This document shows, piece by piece, positions 41,758 through 52,301 of a stretch of DNA of 64,000 nt. The notes under the pieces were generated by a model. That model was not told where the DNA came from and searched no databases. It saw only the letters and a program-made list of their open reading frames with translations. Made by a program: the position numbers and the translations under genes. This DNA is from a virus (Duplodnaviria; Caudoviricetes), in the IMG/VR virus record IMGVR_UViG_3300037400_006508, positions 1 through 64,000 of that record. The stretch is one strand, 5' to 3'. Every line of letters starts with the position of its first letter. Position 1 is the first letter of the stretch.

Positions 41758-42196
41758 AGGGTATCGGCCCGAACGTGATTCTGGTCAAGTCCGGCGACCC
41801 GTCTTTCCTGAAGGACATGTCCGTCGAAGGGCTCCTGAGAAGAATGCATCCGCCAGTCCCGCAGCCGGAACACCCTGCGGACCTGTCGGAGTTTTCCGAC
41901 GAGGAGCTCCAGGCGGAGCTTTCGAAGCTTCAGTCGGAGCTTTCGAAGCGACGGGCCGCCAGGGCCAGGGAGCTCTCCGAAAAGCGTCGCGACCACTTCG
42001 AGCGGTTCTGCCTTCTGTGCAGGAACTACCACGGTATGTTCAACGGAGGCCTCTGCTACTGGGGCGCAACCGCGCAGGACGTCACCAGCTGTTCCCGGTT
42101 CGACGATAGGAATGACGACAGGTGGACGCGAATTTACAAGGACGAGTACGAAAGATCGAAACCGAAAACAACAAACAAAAACAAGGAATACACAAC

Positions 42197-42739
42197 ATGA
42201 AACTCGCACTAGTGACAATCTCCGCCATCGCCGGCATCTTTCTTGTCGGCGTCTGCATGGTGTACAGCTCCAAGAACGGAGCCATCTCGCTCGAGGAGAG
42301 CGTAAACGCCGCGAAGTCGGGAATCGACGTCCAACTTGTAAACAGATTCAACAAGTTGACCGAACTGGCCGAATGCGTGAAGAAGTACGACGAACACGAG
42401 TACAAGACGCTGCTCGAGGTGATCACGGCACGCGGCAAGAACATGTCGGCCAGCGACGCCAAGCAGTGCATCGCGGCCGTCAACGCCGTCGCGGAGCAAT
42501 ACCCGGAGCTCAGGTCGCAGTCGAACTACGCTCAGCTGATGACCGAGATTTCCCTGATGGAGAACCATCTGGCGCAGTCCAAGAAGGCGTACAACGAGTT
42601 CGTGCGCGACTACAACCGCCACGTCCGCAAGTTCCCGACTAGCATCTTCCTCGGATGGACAGGCTACGAGGTGGTCAAGTACGACTATTACGAGGCCGAT
42701 GAGTCCGTCAAGGACAGCAAGCCGATGACACTGTTCTAG
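42197..42739 (+). CDS. lemA: LemA family membrane protein
   Basis: N-terminal TM; AVAEQYPELRSQSNYAQLMTEISLMENHLAQSKKAYNEFVRDYN..RKFP. Confidence 0.9.
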   Translation: MKLALVTISAIAGIFLVGVCMVYSSKNGAISLEESVNAAKSGIDVQLVNRFNKLTELAECVKKYDEHEYKTLLEVITARGKNMSASDAKQCIAAVNAVAEQYPELRSQSNYAQLMTEISLMENHLAQSKKAYNEFVRDYNRHVRKFPTSIFLGWTGYEVVKYDYYEADESVKDSKPMTLF

Positions 42740-42741
42740 CC

Positions 42742-43503
42742 ATGGACAGGGTAGTCGTGACGCTGAGGGAGGCCATCTTCTCTGTCACGATCGCGTCCGT
42801 GCTATTCCTCGCCGGATTCCTGATCTCGACGAGGATAGAGCATGGTGTGAACCAGAGGAACCTCCGCTACAGGCAGGCAGCGAAGATCGCCACCGAGGAC
42901 GGGTTCCTCATCGGAGCCCGTACCGACATAGGATACGCCTTCGTAGAAGGCGAGTTCAAGGCCGTCGACACGGTGTCGCACGAAAAACTCGGAGGCCAGT
43001 GGCTGTGGATCATGGCCGACCACCAAAGGTACACGCGCCACACCAGGACCGTCACCTACACGACGACCGACGGAAAGGGCCATGTGCACACCCACACGAG
43101 GGTCGAGCATTATTGGACTTGGGACACCTTCAAGGTGGAGAAGTCCCATTCGAAGAAAGTCTCGTACATGGGTGTTGAATTTCCGTATGGAAAATTCGAC
43201 TATTCATGGGTCGGCAACAAATACAAGACCGTGGATACCGGTCTCAATACCAGGATCGAGTTCACGTCCATGCCGGCCAAGTTCCGTGCATCTGCGTTCA
43301 CCAAGCTCGAGAAAGGAACCGTTTCCGACGGGACCGGACTCAGGCCCGGTGTCCATATCGAAAAGCTGTACGAGTCGTGCACGAAATCGTATGCGGTGGT
43401 CGTGTTCTGGGTCTTATGGATTCTCCTGATGGCTGCCGCCGTCGTTGGATTCGTTGTCTTGGACAACAGATGGATAGAAGACAAACAGGATGAATTACAA
43501 TGA
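42742..43503 (+). CDS. Two-TM membrane protein adjacent to LemA
   Basis: Hydrophobic segments at both termini; starts 2 nt after the lemA stop. Confidence 0.65.
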   Translation: MDRVVVTLREAIFSVTIASVLFLAGFLISTRIEHGVNQRNLRYRQAAKIATEDGFLIGARTDIGYAFVEGEFKAVDTVSHEKLGGQWLWIMADHQRYTRHTRTVTYTTTDGKGHVHTHTRVEHYWTWDTFKVEKSHSKKVSYMGVEFPYGKFDYSWVGNKYKTVDTGLNTRIEFTSMPAKFRASAFTKLEKGTVSDGTGLRPGVHIEKLYESCTKSYAVVVFWVLWILLMAAAVVGFVVLDNRWIEDKQDELQ

Positions 43504-44150
43504 CTAGCGAAGAAGTAACCAATCTACGTCATGCCACGGAGGGCATGACGAGGCTGGACTGGGCCGCAAGGCTGATAGCCGAGACCAGTTCGTCGTTTCC
43601 GACGGGCAAGGGTCACATCGAAGGGGTGGAGGAGCTGGAGACGACCCTCCGCCTTGTTCGGCACATGCACGACGTTCTCATGAGCCGCGCATGGAATCAG
43701 TTCGACAAGATGAAAAGGAAGGCAGAAAAGAATGACCGAAAATAATGAAGAAGGCGTCCGTACCGTGGACGCCTTGAGCGAGGAAGAGTTCCTCAAGCTC
43801 GTGCTCAATACTTTGAATAGCACCGACGAACTGAAGAGTCTGGGAAAGGGCATGATGGAATTGGCCGAAGGAGTCGCCACGGCTATCGTTCGTCTTGCCT
43901 ATGACCGCAAGGTCGTCATCGTAAGAAAGGAGAACGAATGAAAGAGTACAACGTGAAGGCCGGAGGCGAGGTTGTCGTCTCAGACGGGTTCAAGACGCTG
44001 AAGCAGGCCAAGGCGGAGATCGCACGGTTCAAGGAGTCGGATTCCGCGTACGACATCTGTCGGCCGGAGGGCTGGTACAAGATCGTGGTCCGCGAGATCG
44101 GACCGTGGCGAATTGTAAAGGACAAGAAGCATGCATAACAAGGAGAAGCG

Positions 44151-44609
44151 ATGATCAAGGTATACCTGGCCGGACCCGTTGTGGCGGAGAAGGCGATCAC
44201 GGACAGGGTCGACGCCGTATGCACGCTTCTCAGACGCTGGGGCTCTGACGTGGGGGTCTACCGTCCGTGCGAACACCGGGTCCCGAACGCCTGGGGCATC
44301 TCCCAGGAATCGTGGGCGCAATGCGTTTTCACGATGGACGTGCTGGCGATCGACGAATGCGACTGGGTTGTGGCATGCGACTTCGGGCGCCAGCACGCGG
44401 CAATGGGTACGGCATGGGAATGCGGCTACGCATTCGCCAAGGGCAAGCGCATTCTCGTGGTTACGATGCCCGGAGTCGACGAGTCGTCGCTCATGCTGGA
44501 AGGTTGCGCCTCGTGCGTGTGGAGCATCCCCGGAATGGGGCAGTGCAAGGAGCCGTCCGAGCTGTTCTACGAGCGCGGGCGGGAAAGGAACGAAAGGAAG
44601 CTGACATGA
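44151..44609 (+). CDS. Nucleoside 2-deoxyribosyltransferase-like protein
   Basis: KVYLAGP, DVLAIDECDWVVA, GTAWECGYAFAKGKRILVV. Confidence 0.85.
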   Translation: MIKVYLAGPVVAEKAITDRVDAVCTLLRRWGSDVGVYRPCEHRVPNAWGISQESWAQCVFTMDVLAIDECDWVVACDFGRQHAAMGTAWECGYAFAKGKRILVVTMPGVDESSLMLEGCASCVWSIPGMGQCKEPSELFYERGRERNERKLT

Positions 44610-45095
44610 AGATCATTCTCATCACGGACGGCGACTGGTCGCGTGGCGACTCGTACCAGGATGCCTTCGAAAAACTGGAAAAGTACGTAAACGACAATTA
44701 CTATCGGAATCCCGATCTCTACGACAAGCGAGAGGTCAAGCCGGAGGTGATGATCGTGACGGACGACGATACGGCAGAGCTCGACAGCTACGGGCAGCTC
44801 ATTACGGAAGGAGGCAGCTGGTGGCTCAAGATCCCGCTTGAAGGAAAGCGCGGTCCGAGCGGAAACTACCGCTTCGACATCATGCAGAAACTCAAGGACG
44901 AGGACTACAAGGAGGAGGTCGAGAACCACCTGATCGCCACGTACGGCGAGGAGTTCCACGCCTTCTGCGAGAAGCAGGGATACTGCGAGTCTGGGAAGTG
45001 CGAGTTCAAGGGCAAGGTGACGTCCGACGACGAAAGCTGCTTCCAGATGTGGTACGAGAAGTACAAGAAGCCGGAGCGAGACAAGGAGAGGAAAG

Positions 45096-45284
45096 ATGGA
45101 AAGTCTTAACATGGAAAAATGTTCCGAGTGCGGACACAAAGCCCATCTGGTTCATGACGACCTTGGATACTTCGCCGAGTGCGCGTATGACTTCTGCGGC
45201 AACACGACGGAGTACTTCGACAAACCGGAGGAGGCGATCGAGGCATGGAACGAGAGAAACAGACCGAAGTTCGACGTCCCGTGA
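45096..45284 (+). CDS. Lar (restriction alleviation)-like zinc-finger protein
   Basis: CSECG...ECAYDFCG..T...EEAIEAWNERN. Confidence 0.65.
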   Translation: MESLNMEKCSECGHKAHLVHDDLGYFAECAYDFCGNTTEYFDKPEEAIEAWNERNRPKFDVP

Positions 45285-46222
45285 AGGAGGACAGCATGGA
45301 ATTGACAAGAGAGGAAGTTGACCGATATTGCTCGCTTAGCGCAAAGATCGAACAAAAAGCCAGGGAGATCGTCAATACATTAGGAGAACGGTTTCTAGCG
45401 GCTAACGAAAAATTCGATGACGGAACCGGGTACGTCCTTGTCACGCACAACCCGATAGCCGTAATTGCAAAGCCTCTTTTCTTAAAAACGTCTGACGAGC
45501 TTAAAGAGATAAACTGGAAGCTCGCCGATGAAAAAAGAAAAGAGGAAGCCGAGGCCAGGGAAGAACGCGAAAAGAATGAAAAAGCAAAGCGCTATCAGGA
45601 GTACCTGAGGCTCAAAAAGGAATTCGACATTCCGTGAAGGAGTAAAAACCATGCTCGTGACAGACTCAAACGGAGAGTACTACAACAGACATCTGCTGCG
45701 GTTCGATGAGGACTTTGTTCAGCTAACGTTTCCTATCACGGATGAACAGCTGACAAAGTTGAACGAAGCAATGGACGAGGACGTGTCGGAACCGGACTGC
45801 CCGTTTGAAGAGTGGGTGACCAGGATTCTCGACTATGTGGGGATCAAACGCGAACACTGGATGTTCCTGTGGCTTGATCCGTGCTTTACGGTAAAACAAT
45901 CCTACTAGACAACATCTAGACATGAAAGAACATTTCGACTGCAATCTTCCCGGGCTTCTGGAAGAGGTGCTGAACAATCCGACCTGCGCGATCCTGAAGG
46001 TACCGATCAACATAACGAAAGGAATCCTGGCGGAGCTCGCGCATCTCGCCATCGAGATCGACGACGACCGTCTGCACATCATGATGCTGCGACTCGGATT
46101 GTACGATCTGTCCGCAGCGGAACGTGTAAAGAAAATAGACGAGTTGAGAGAAAAGGTTCGCAAGGACCTGTACAAGCGCATTGGCATAAAGTCAAGCGAA
46201 ATTTCCAAGAAGGAGGAAAACA

Positions 46223-46714
46223 ATGCCAAGCTGTAAGTACTGCAACGAGCCGATGACGCGTAAGAACGACCATCTGAAGGTGTCGTTCTACATGTGTCCG
46301 AAGTGCGGAGCCCGCGGCCCGTCCGTGAAGATGGACCACCTTGGCTGGAAGGAGGAGCTCGATGCGAAGACCCTTGGCCAGAGCATCGAAGTCAAGGCAA
46401 CTTCCGCGGAGGACGATCTGCGAAAGCGCAATGCCGTGCTGTCCGCCCGATGCTCCAGGCTCAAGGCCTGCGAGCTTCCGAACAACGCCAAGCTCGAGCG
46501 CGACGTCAACAACAGGATCCGCAATCTGCAGGCAAACCGGAAGGAACTGAACAAGCACGCGTACCTCAGGGATCTGGCCCATCTCTACAAGCAGAAGGCT
46601 ACGTTCCTGGAGTACAAGACCGGGTTCGAGAAGGAGTTCGCAGGCCTGAGGCAGCAGATTCGCGAGAACAAGCGAAAGCTTTCGGAGTTGAAAAAATCGA
46701 AGTCCCGAGTATAA
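46223..46714 (+). CDS. Zinc-ribbon plus coiled-coil protein
   Basis: CKYC...CPKCG followed by a helical basic region. Confidence 0.6.
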   Translation: MPSCKYCNEPMTRKNDHLKVSFYMCPKCGARGPSVKMDHLGWKEELDAKTLGQSIEVKATSAEDDLRKRNAVLSARCSRLKACELPNNAKLERDVNNRIRNLQANRKELNKHAYLRDLAHLYKQKATFLEYKTGFEKEFAGLRQQIRENKRKLSELKKSKSRV

Positions 46715-46973
46715 TGTATGCCTCCATGCGGTTCAACGGTTGCCGCATGGAACCCGCCGGGCTGGAAGTGGCCTGATTGACTGCGTGCCCCTGCAGGAGA
46801 GCGGATGTGGGGACTGGGGGACGGAGCACCGTGCAGCGCATGCGGCCGTCGACTCTTTCGAGGAGATGAATGCCCTCGGACATTGATGACCGCCAAGGCG
46901 AAGGTGGTGGGGTCCTTTGTAACCCGAGACAATGCGCACGCCGGCACTCCCGCAGGGGCATGGGGGATTTCTG

Positions 46974-47002
46974 TTGACAACCTCCTGGATTGCCTGTAGT
47001 GT
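46974..47002 (+). promoter_or_regulatory. Sigma70-type promoter
   Basis: TTGACA (46974-46979), 17-bp spacer, TAGTGT (46997-47002); AGGAGG RBS and ATG at 47027 follow. Confidence 0.65.
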
Positions 47003-47026
47003 ATGGCGGCAACCCAGGAGGTTCCG

Positions 47027-47455
47027 ATGAAGTTCAAGATACCGAGGCTGGACAGCCCTCTCAACCGCACCAAGAAGAAGGAGGTCTTCAACGACAGACT
47101 TCCACGCGAATGGAAGAAGCTCAAGCAGCTTTTCGAGGCTGAGCTGAAATCGTACGAGAAGGACTGGTCCGTCGAGGACTGGAGGGAGAAGGCGGGGCTG
47201 TACGCCGACATGGTTGCCGTGAAGACGGCCGTCTGCGACGAGGACTGCTTCCACATGCAGATGGAGGACGGTACCATGAATCCTGACACCAAGGACAAGA
47301 TGGGGTACGCTGCACGTCTGGCCAACAGACTGGTGAAGGAAGGGGCCGGTTGTATCCTGCAGTCCGTCAAGGATTCGTTCTCCGTTGGAATGTCCTGGCA
47401 ATCTCGTTCGGGTGATCCGGACGAGATTGTTCAGGTTATAGAGATCGGGTTCTGA
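47027..47455 (+). CDS. Hypothetical protein
   Basis: AGGAGG RBS; start revised from 47003 because that ATG abuts the -10 box. Confidence 0.6.
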   Translation: MKFKIPRLDSPLNRTKKKEVFNDRLPREWKKLKQLFEAELKSYEKDWSVEDWREKAGLYADMVAVKTAVCDEDCFHMQMEDGTMNPDTKDKMGYAARLANRLVKEGAGCILQSVKDSFSVGMSWQSRSGDPDEIVQVIEIGF

Positions 47456-47460
47456 GCGAA

Positions 47461-47481
47461 GGGAGGCCCGTCGGGCCTCCC
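47461..47481. repeat. Perfect inverted repeat / hairpin
   Basis: GGGAGGCCCG-T-CGGGCCTCCC right after the 47455 stop. Confidence 0.6.
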
Positions 47482-47933
47482 GAGCGCCATATTGACGCCG
47501 TAGGCAGCCGCGAAGCGGTTGGCATATTGCTCCTGCGCAACGACGGCCGCAGGCCGGCGGGTGCGAGATGCGTATTTGGAAAGGTGTAGGGAAACCTTGG
47601 TTTCCCACAGTGAAGAAGAGAAGAAAGGGAAGGAGAGGGATGAGAGAGTATTATAATAGGGGTACGGGGGAAGAGAAGAGAGGGAGCAGGGAGGACCTCG
47701 GGAAGGAGGGGAAGGAACGCTTGAAAAATTATTATGCGTCAAGTCCCTGTTTTCCAGTATGTTGTTACGCTCTAGCTTCAGGTTATTAACAACCTGTTTA
47801 TAAGTCTCTCCATGCTGTTGTAGGTTAAGTGTATGCATTTTCAGGTTATAATTACTTGAATGGGCCAGTTTCGTCATTCACACCAGGGGTGGTTCCCGGG
47901 TGGCTGGCCCAACCGCAAACAAAAGGAGAAACC

Positions 47934-48737
47934 ATGAGCAAGATCGGACTAGCAGCCGCATTCCACCATTACGACGAGGACGGGGCGTTCATCCCCGCTT
48001 CGCGTCTCGTGGAGGGCGGACCGTTCGACGGCCAGGTGGCGCCGCTGATCGGCGCAATCGTCGCGTGGGACGGACACGCGGCTACGTGGGGCTTCATCAA
48101 GTACGAGGCCCCGCGGATCTTCCCCCGCTACGAAGGCGGGGCCTGGGTCATCGACCCCAGGAAGCCGAACCGGGCCGCGAACGTGGCCACGACCCGGGTG
48201 GGCACCGTGCACTGCTCCGTGTGCGGACAGTCCGTCAAGACTCCCGTCAAGGGGTGCCGGGACGAAAAGGTCAAGTGTCCGCTGTGCGGAGCGGACAGGA
48301 CCTCTGTCGCCGTCGTCAAGGAGAACTCGCACGAGTTCGACGAGATGTTCGGTGACATCAAGGACGCCATGCTCGGCTACGCGAAGACCGCGGCGGCCGA
48401 GGACGTCCCGTTCCAGTTCCCGCTCGTCGTCTGCGGGAGCTCCACGCTGAAGCCCGGCGATTCCCTCGTCCCACCGGACGCTCAGGGGATCGCCCAGAGC
48501 CACGGCCGAGCCCTGGTCGCCCTCCGTTCGATGGCGGGGGGACTCAACGACCTGGTCAACGCCGGCACGGACGACGACACGGACCTCTCCATCATCCCCG
48601 GGATCTACTACGGTTCCATGAGCGAGGAGGAGGTCCGCAACGGCGCCACCTGGGGCGAAGGTGCCGCCGGCTTCTATCTCCGGATGAGGCTTCCGGAGAA
48701 GAAGCGCTGCGCTCCGTTCCATTCCTTCCGATACTAG
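47934..48737 (+). CDS. Hypothetical protein with zinc ribbon
   Basis: AAGGAG RBS; CSVCG...CPLCG. Confidence 0.65.
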   Translation: MSKIGLAAAFHHYDEDGAFIPASRLVEGGPFDGQVAPLIGAIVAWDGHAATWGFIKYEAPRIFPRYEGGAWVIDPRKPNRAANVATTRVGTVHCSVCGQSVKTPVKGCRDEKVKCPLCGADRTSVAVVKENSHEFDEMFGDIKDAMLGYAKTAAAEDVPFQFPLVVCGSSTLKPGDSLVPPDAQGIAQSHGRALVALRSMAGGLNDLVNAGTDDDTDLSIIPGIYYGSMSEEEVRNGATWGEGAAGFYLRMRLPEKKRCAPFHSFRY

Positions 48738-48738
48738 G

Positions 48739-49023
48739 ATGGACGGTTGCGCCCTGGCCCGCGAGATCCTCCGCTACCGCAGACGGATCGGCATCACGCA
48801 GGCCGAGCTCGCCCGGAGGACCGGGGCGAGCGCGAGGTCGGTCAAGCGCTGGGAGAAGGGATTCCTTCCCCAGACGCGCCACCTCGAACGCCTCGGTCCG
48901 GCCCTGGGCATGACGCTGTCCGAGAGGGCGGCGTTCATGGGCGCGGCCGCGTCGCTCCGGTCGCGCTATTGCCATCCGGCCCCTTCTGTGGTAGCATCCG
49001 TGCGCGATGCAGATCACAGATAG
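48739..49023 (+). CDS. XRE/Cro-type HTH transcription regulator
   Basis: ILRYRRRIGITQAELARRTGASARSVKRWEKG..P. Confidence 0.85.
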   Translation: MDGCALAREILRYRRRIGITQAELARRTGASARSVKRWEKGFLPQTRHLERLGPALGMTLSERAAFMGAAASLRSRYCHPAPSVVASVRDADHR

Positions 49024-49288
49024 GTTCAGGTCGGAGTTCGGCAGCCTGGTCGACGAGGCCCGCGGAATGATCAAGCTGATCAATTCCGTCAAGGGCCACC
49101 TGGCGTCGAAGCACCGCGACGACCCCCTCTACCGCATGACGCTCAAGCGCCTGCGCGAGGACGGGATCCGTCTCGCTTCGTACGCGGAGTGCGTTTCGCT
49201 CCTCTCCTCGGACGAGGACCGCGACGCGCTTCTCTCCGGATTCGGATGCAGCTGGGACCCCGACAAAAAGAGGGTCGACCTGCACTGA
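49007..49288 (+). CDS. Hypothetical protein
   Basis: Overlaps the HTH gene end; typical codon usage. Confidence 0.5.
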   Translation: MQITDRFRSEFGSLVDEARGMIKLINSVKGHLASKHRDDPLYRMTLKRLREDGIRLASYAECVSLLSSDEDRDALLSGFGCSWDPDKKRVDLH

Positions 49289-49372
49289 TCCGGATAAAGC
49301 TCGCGCAAGCGACGAGCCCGCGTTCGCCGAGACGACGGGCCGTACAATCCATTCGGCACGGGGACTCTGAGC

Positions 49373-49735
49373 ATGAGCTTCAGGTTTTCCACCGCGGGCA
49401 ACCGCATCAACGACGAGCTGTACGCTCGTCTCAAACAGGCTCGCCGCATCGGCCTTCACGGCGAGCTTGTCTTCGTCAAGGCCAGGTCCAGCCACCGGTT
49501 CGAGGTGCACTTCTCCGACGGGACCCAAAAGGTCCTCGCCGGGGAGGTCCGACTCATGAACCTGCTCCAGAGGGACATCGAGGCGGAACCTGCCCGTCGT
49601 ATCCTCTGGAAGGCCTCGCATCCGGGAGGTTCCGACCAGACGGTCGGGATCGACGAGCGGATTGTCGAGACCTCGGTTTCGGCCGAGACCGACCAGGATC
49701 TGGCGCATCACCGCAAGGTAGGCGCGAACTCCTGA
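49373..49735 (+). CDS. Hypothetical protein
   Basis: ORF ends directly before a terminator. Confidence 0.5.
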   Translation: MSFRFSTAGNRINDELYARLKQARRIGLHGELVFVKARSSHRFEVHFSDGTQKVLAGEVRLMNLLQRDIEAEPARRILWKASHPGGSDQTVGIDERIVETSVSAETDQDLAHHRKVGANS

Positions 49736-49741
49736 GGAAAG

Positions 49742-49766
49742 GGGGCGGGTACGCCCGCCCCTTTTT
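49742..49766 (+). terminator. Rho-independent terminator
   Basis: GGGGCGGG-TACG-CCCGCCCC-TTTTT. Confidence 0.85.
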
Positions 49767-49808
49767 CTTAGCTATTGGACGATTTGAAAATTCCCCACGG
49801 AAAAGGTG

Positions 49809-49837
49809 TTGACATAGAATCGTTGTTGTGCTACTGT
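49809..49837 (+). promoter_or_regulatory. Sigma70-type promoter with extended -10
   Basis: TTGACA (49809-49814), 17-bp spacer, TG-n-TACTGT (49832-49837). Confidence 0.7.
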
Positions 49838-49868
49838 CAGTGCCAACCCACCAATCACATCCATCGAT

Positions 49869-50804
49869 ATGCCGCTCGACCCAGCACCCGTAATCGCAGA
49901 AGCCCTGGACAACAGGGACCGCGCCAGGATTCGCACGAAGAAGCAAAGTAAGGCGCGCAAGGCCAAGAAGCCCCGCATACCGAAGCTGCATCGTCCGAAG
50001 AAGGAATCGACGAAGACGATCACGACCCGTCTGTACAAGACGTGGGCCGCGATCGTGCATGGCTATTACAACGGGCACTGCGCCATCTGCGGGAAGGAGA
50101 ACTCGAAGGACGCACCGCTCAACGCGCACCACATCATGCCGAGGCAGATGTTCAGCGGACTGCGCTTCGATCCACAGAACGGGATAGCCCTTTGTCCGAA
50201 GTGCCACAAGATGGGAAAGTGGTCGGCGCACAAGGGAGGGATCTGGTTCGCCGAGTGGCTCCGCAACCATGCTCCCGAGAAATACCAGCACTGTCTCGCG
50301 AACGCCGTGTTCGAGCTCGACTGCAAGGACCGCATGCAGCTGTACATGACCGAGGAGGAATTGCACGAGCGGTATAGCGACGCGATCGCGCCCATCAACT
50401 GGTACAGGGTCGTTGCATACGACAAGAAGGGCAACAAGGTCGAGTCCGTGATCAAGGCGTACAACAACCGCGTGGCCGAGTACATCTTCTGGCAGCGCTG
50501 GCCCGCCGGCCAGGACTGGTTCGAGAAGCTCAAGGGAATCCACAAGACGGAGCAGGTCTACGTCGAGGAGGACGAGGCGCACAGCGGCTTTGACGCCGAG
50601 AGGCTCAGGAAGGACCTAGTCGGACGCGGTCTCATGGACGAGGATGGCAACGCCATCTGCCGTCAGCAGACACCAAGAATTGCCGACGCCGCGAAGATGG
50701 CGATCGTGCAGAGCGCAATGGACAAACAATTTCAACCGCGGCATGACGCAACCGGGCCTGGTGTACGCAGCACACCTACCAGTGAAGTAGAAGGCGCCGT
50801 GTGA
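49869..50804 (+). CDS. HNH endonuclease (NinG/Rap-like)
   Basis: CAICG...LNAHHIMPR...LRFDPQNGIALCPKCHK...H. Confidence 0.8.
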   Translation: MPLDPAPVIAEALDNRDRARIRTKKQSKARKAKKPRIPKLHRPKKESTKTITTRLYKTWAAIVHGYYNGHCAICGKENSKDAPLNAHHIMPRQMFSGLRFDPQNGIALCPKCHKMGKWSAHKGGIWFAEWLRNHAPEKYQHCLANAVFELDCKDRMQLYMTEEELHERYSDAIAPINWYRVVAYDKKGNKVESVIKAYNNRVAEYIFWQRWPAGQDWFEKLKGIHKTEQVYVEEDEAHSGFDAERLRKDLVGRGLMDEDGNAICRQQTPRIADAAKMAIVQSAMDKQFQPRHDATGPGVRSTPTSEVEGAV

Positions 50805-52301
50805 CTCGGCGGCGGCCGGTGAAGAACGATGCTATGAAACATGATTGTCAGGGAAATCACCCAATTCATGCGGAGCTGACGGATCGTCGATTGCCGCGGT
50901 TCTTTTAAACATGAAGGCCAGGAGCAGAAAGACATACTTCCTGAAGAGGAAGAATGACGAGCGGAGATCCAAGGGGATTCCGCGTCTTCCGAACAGCATG
51001 TACAGGCTTCTGGCCGACGCGGACTGCCCCGACAGCGATTTCGGCAACAGGCAGGCGCAGTTCCTGGTCGACTTCATGAACACGGTAGAGGCCAGGCAGG
51101 GAAGGATGGTCAAGAAGTTCGACATCCTTCTCGCCAAGAAGCTGCTGTACAAGCTCATGGCGTCTTACAACCATTTCGTCCTGCTCAGCGAAAAGTACGC
51201 ATGCAGGATCGACGAACTGGCGGAGAAACTTAGGAATGCGTCTCGCTGAACGGAACTGGAGCTACCCCTGGTACGCCGTCACGAAGGGCGGCATGTACGT
51301 CATGGGCTTCACCTCGCAGAACGAGTGCGAGCAGTATTGCGACGCGAATGGCTTCCACATGGTTTCCAAGAACCGTACCAACCTGATGCACAGGAAGCCT
51401 AGGTACGAGGACAACTGGACTGACGACTATCCCGAAGATGGTATACAAGGAGAACTAGACAAATGACACGCGTATACGCAGAGGGCGAGCAGCCCGAAAA
51501 GAAGGAAGATGGCGTCAAAGTGACGCTTTCGCTCAACAACGAGATGCTGGGCCAGATGATCTCCAAGGGGATCCAGGATCTGCCCAAGGAGGTCATCCAC
51601 ACCCTCTCATACGAGGCCATGAAGACCGCCCTTGAGGACAAGGAGTTTCTCAAGCACCTGATGTTCAGGGCCGACAGCGATTCCTACAACTGGTGGGACA
51701 GGGCGCATCTTCAGCCATGGCTCGCCGAGCTCCTCTCGAAGTCGTTCACCGAAGAAGAGGTGAAGGAGTTCAGGGACGGCGTTTTGAAGGTGCTGAAGGC
51801 GGACCACAGGCATATTGCCATGGACGCCCTGACCAACTGCTTCATGCGCAGGTTGGCTGACTACGACTTCACTACACAGGTGCAGTGCATAATCGGGCAA
51901 ATGATGAGCAGCAACGGCCAATGAAGAAGATCGTCGAAGTCCTTAAGTTCGCCGGAACCGATTCGGCTGGATCCGTGTCCAGGGAGTACTGCGACATCGG
52001 GTTCATAGGAGCCTGCAGGAGGCTGTGGCACTTCTGGAGGCACAACGGCACGCACCTGGACGACTACTATGAGTTCAGGATCCGCGTTATCGAGAGGAAG
52101 AGCAAGTGAGCAAGAAGTGGTACAACACGCAGGAGATGGCCTTGGTCACCGTGCTTCACGACTACCTGGTCAACGGGTTCGCGAAGTACGTCGACAAGGA
52201 GGCGAACCAGGACACCAAGGACGGGCTGCTCCACATCATCCATGACGCATCGTGCATCGTGGCCCAGATCATTTCGAACAATAAAAGCAAGGTAAATTGA
52301 G

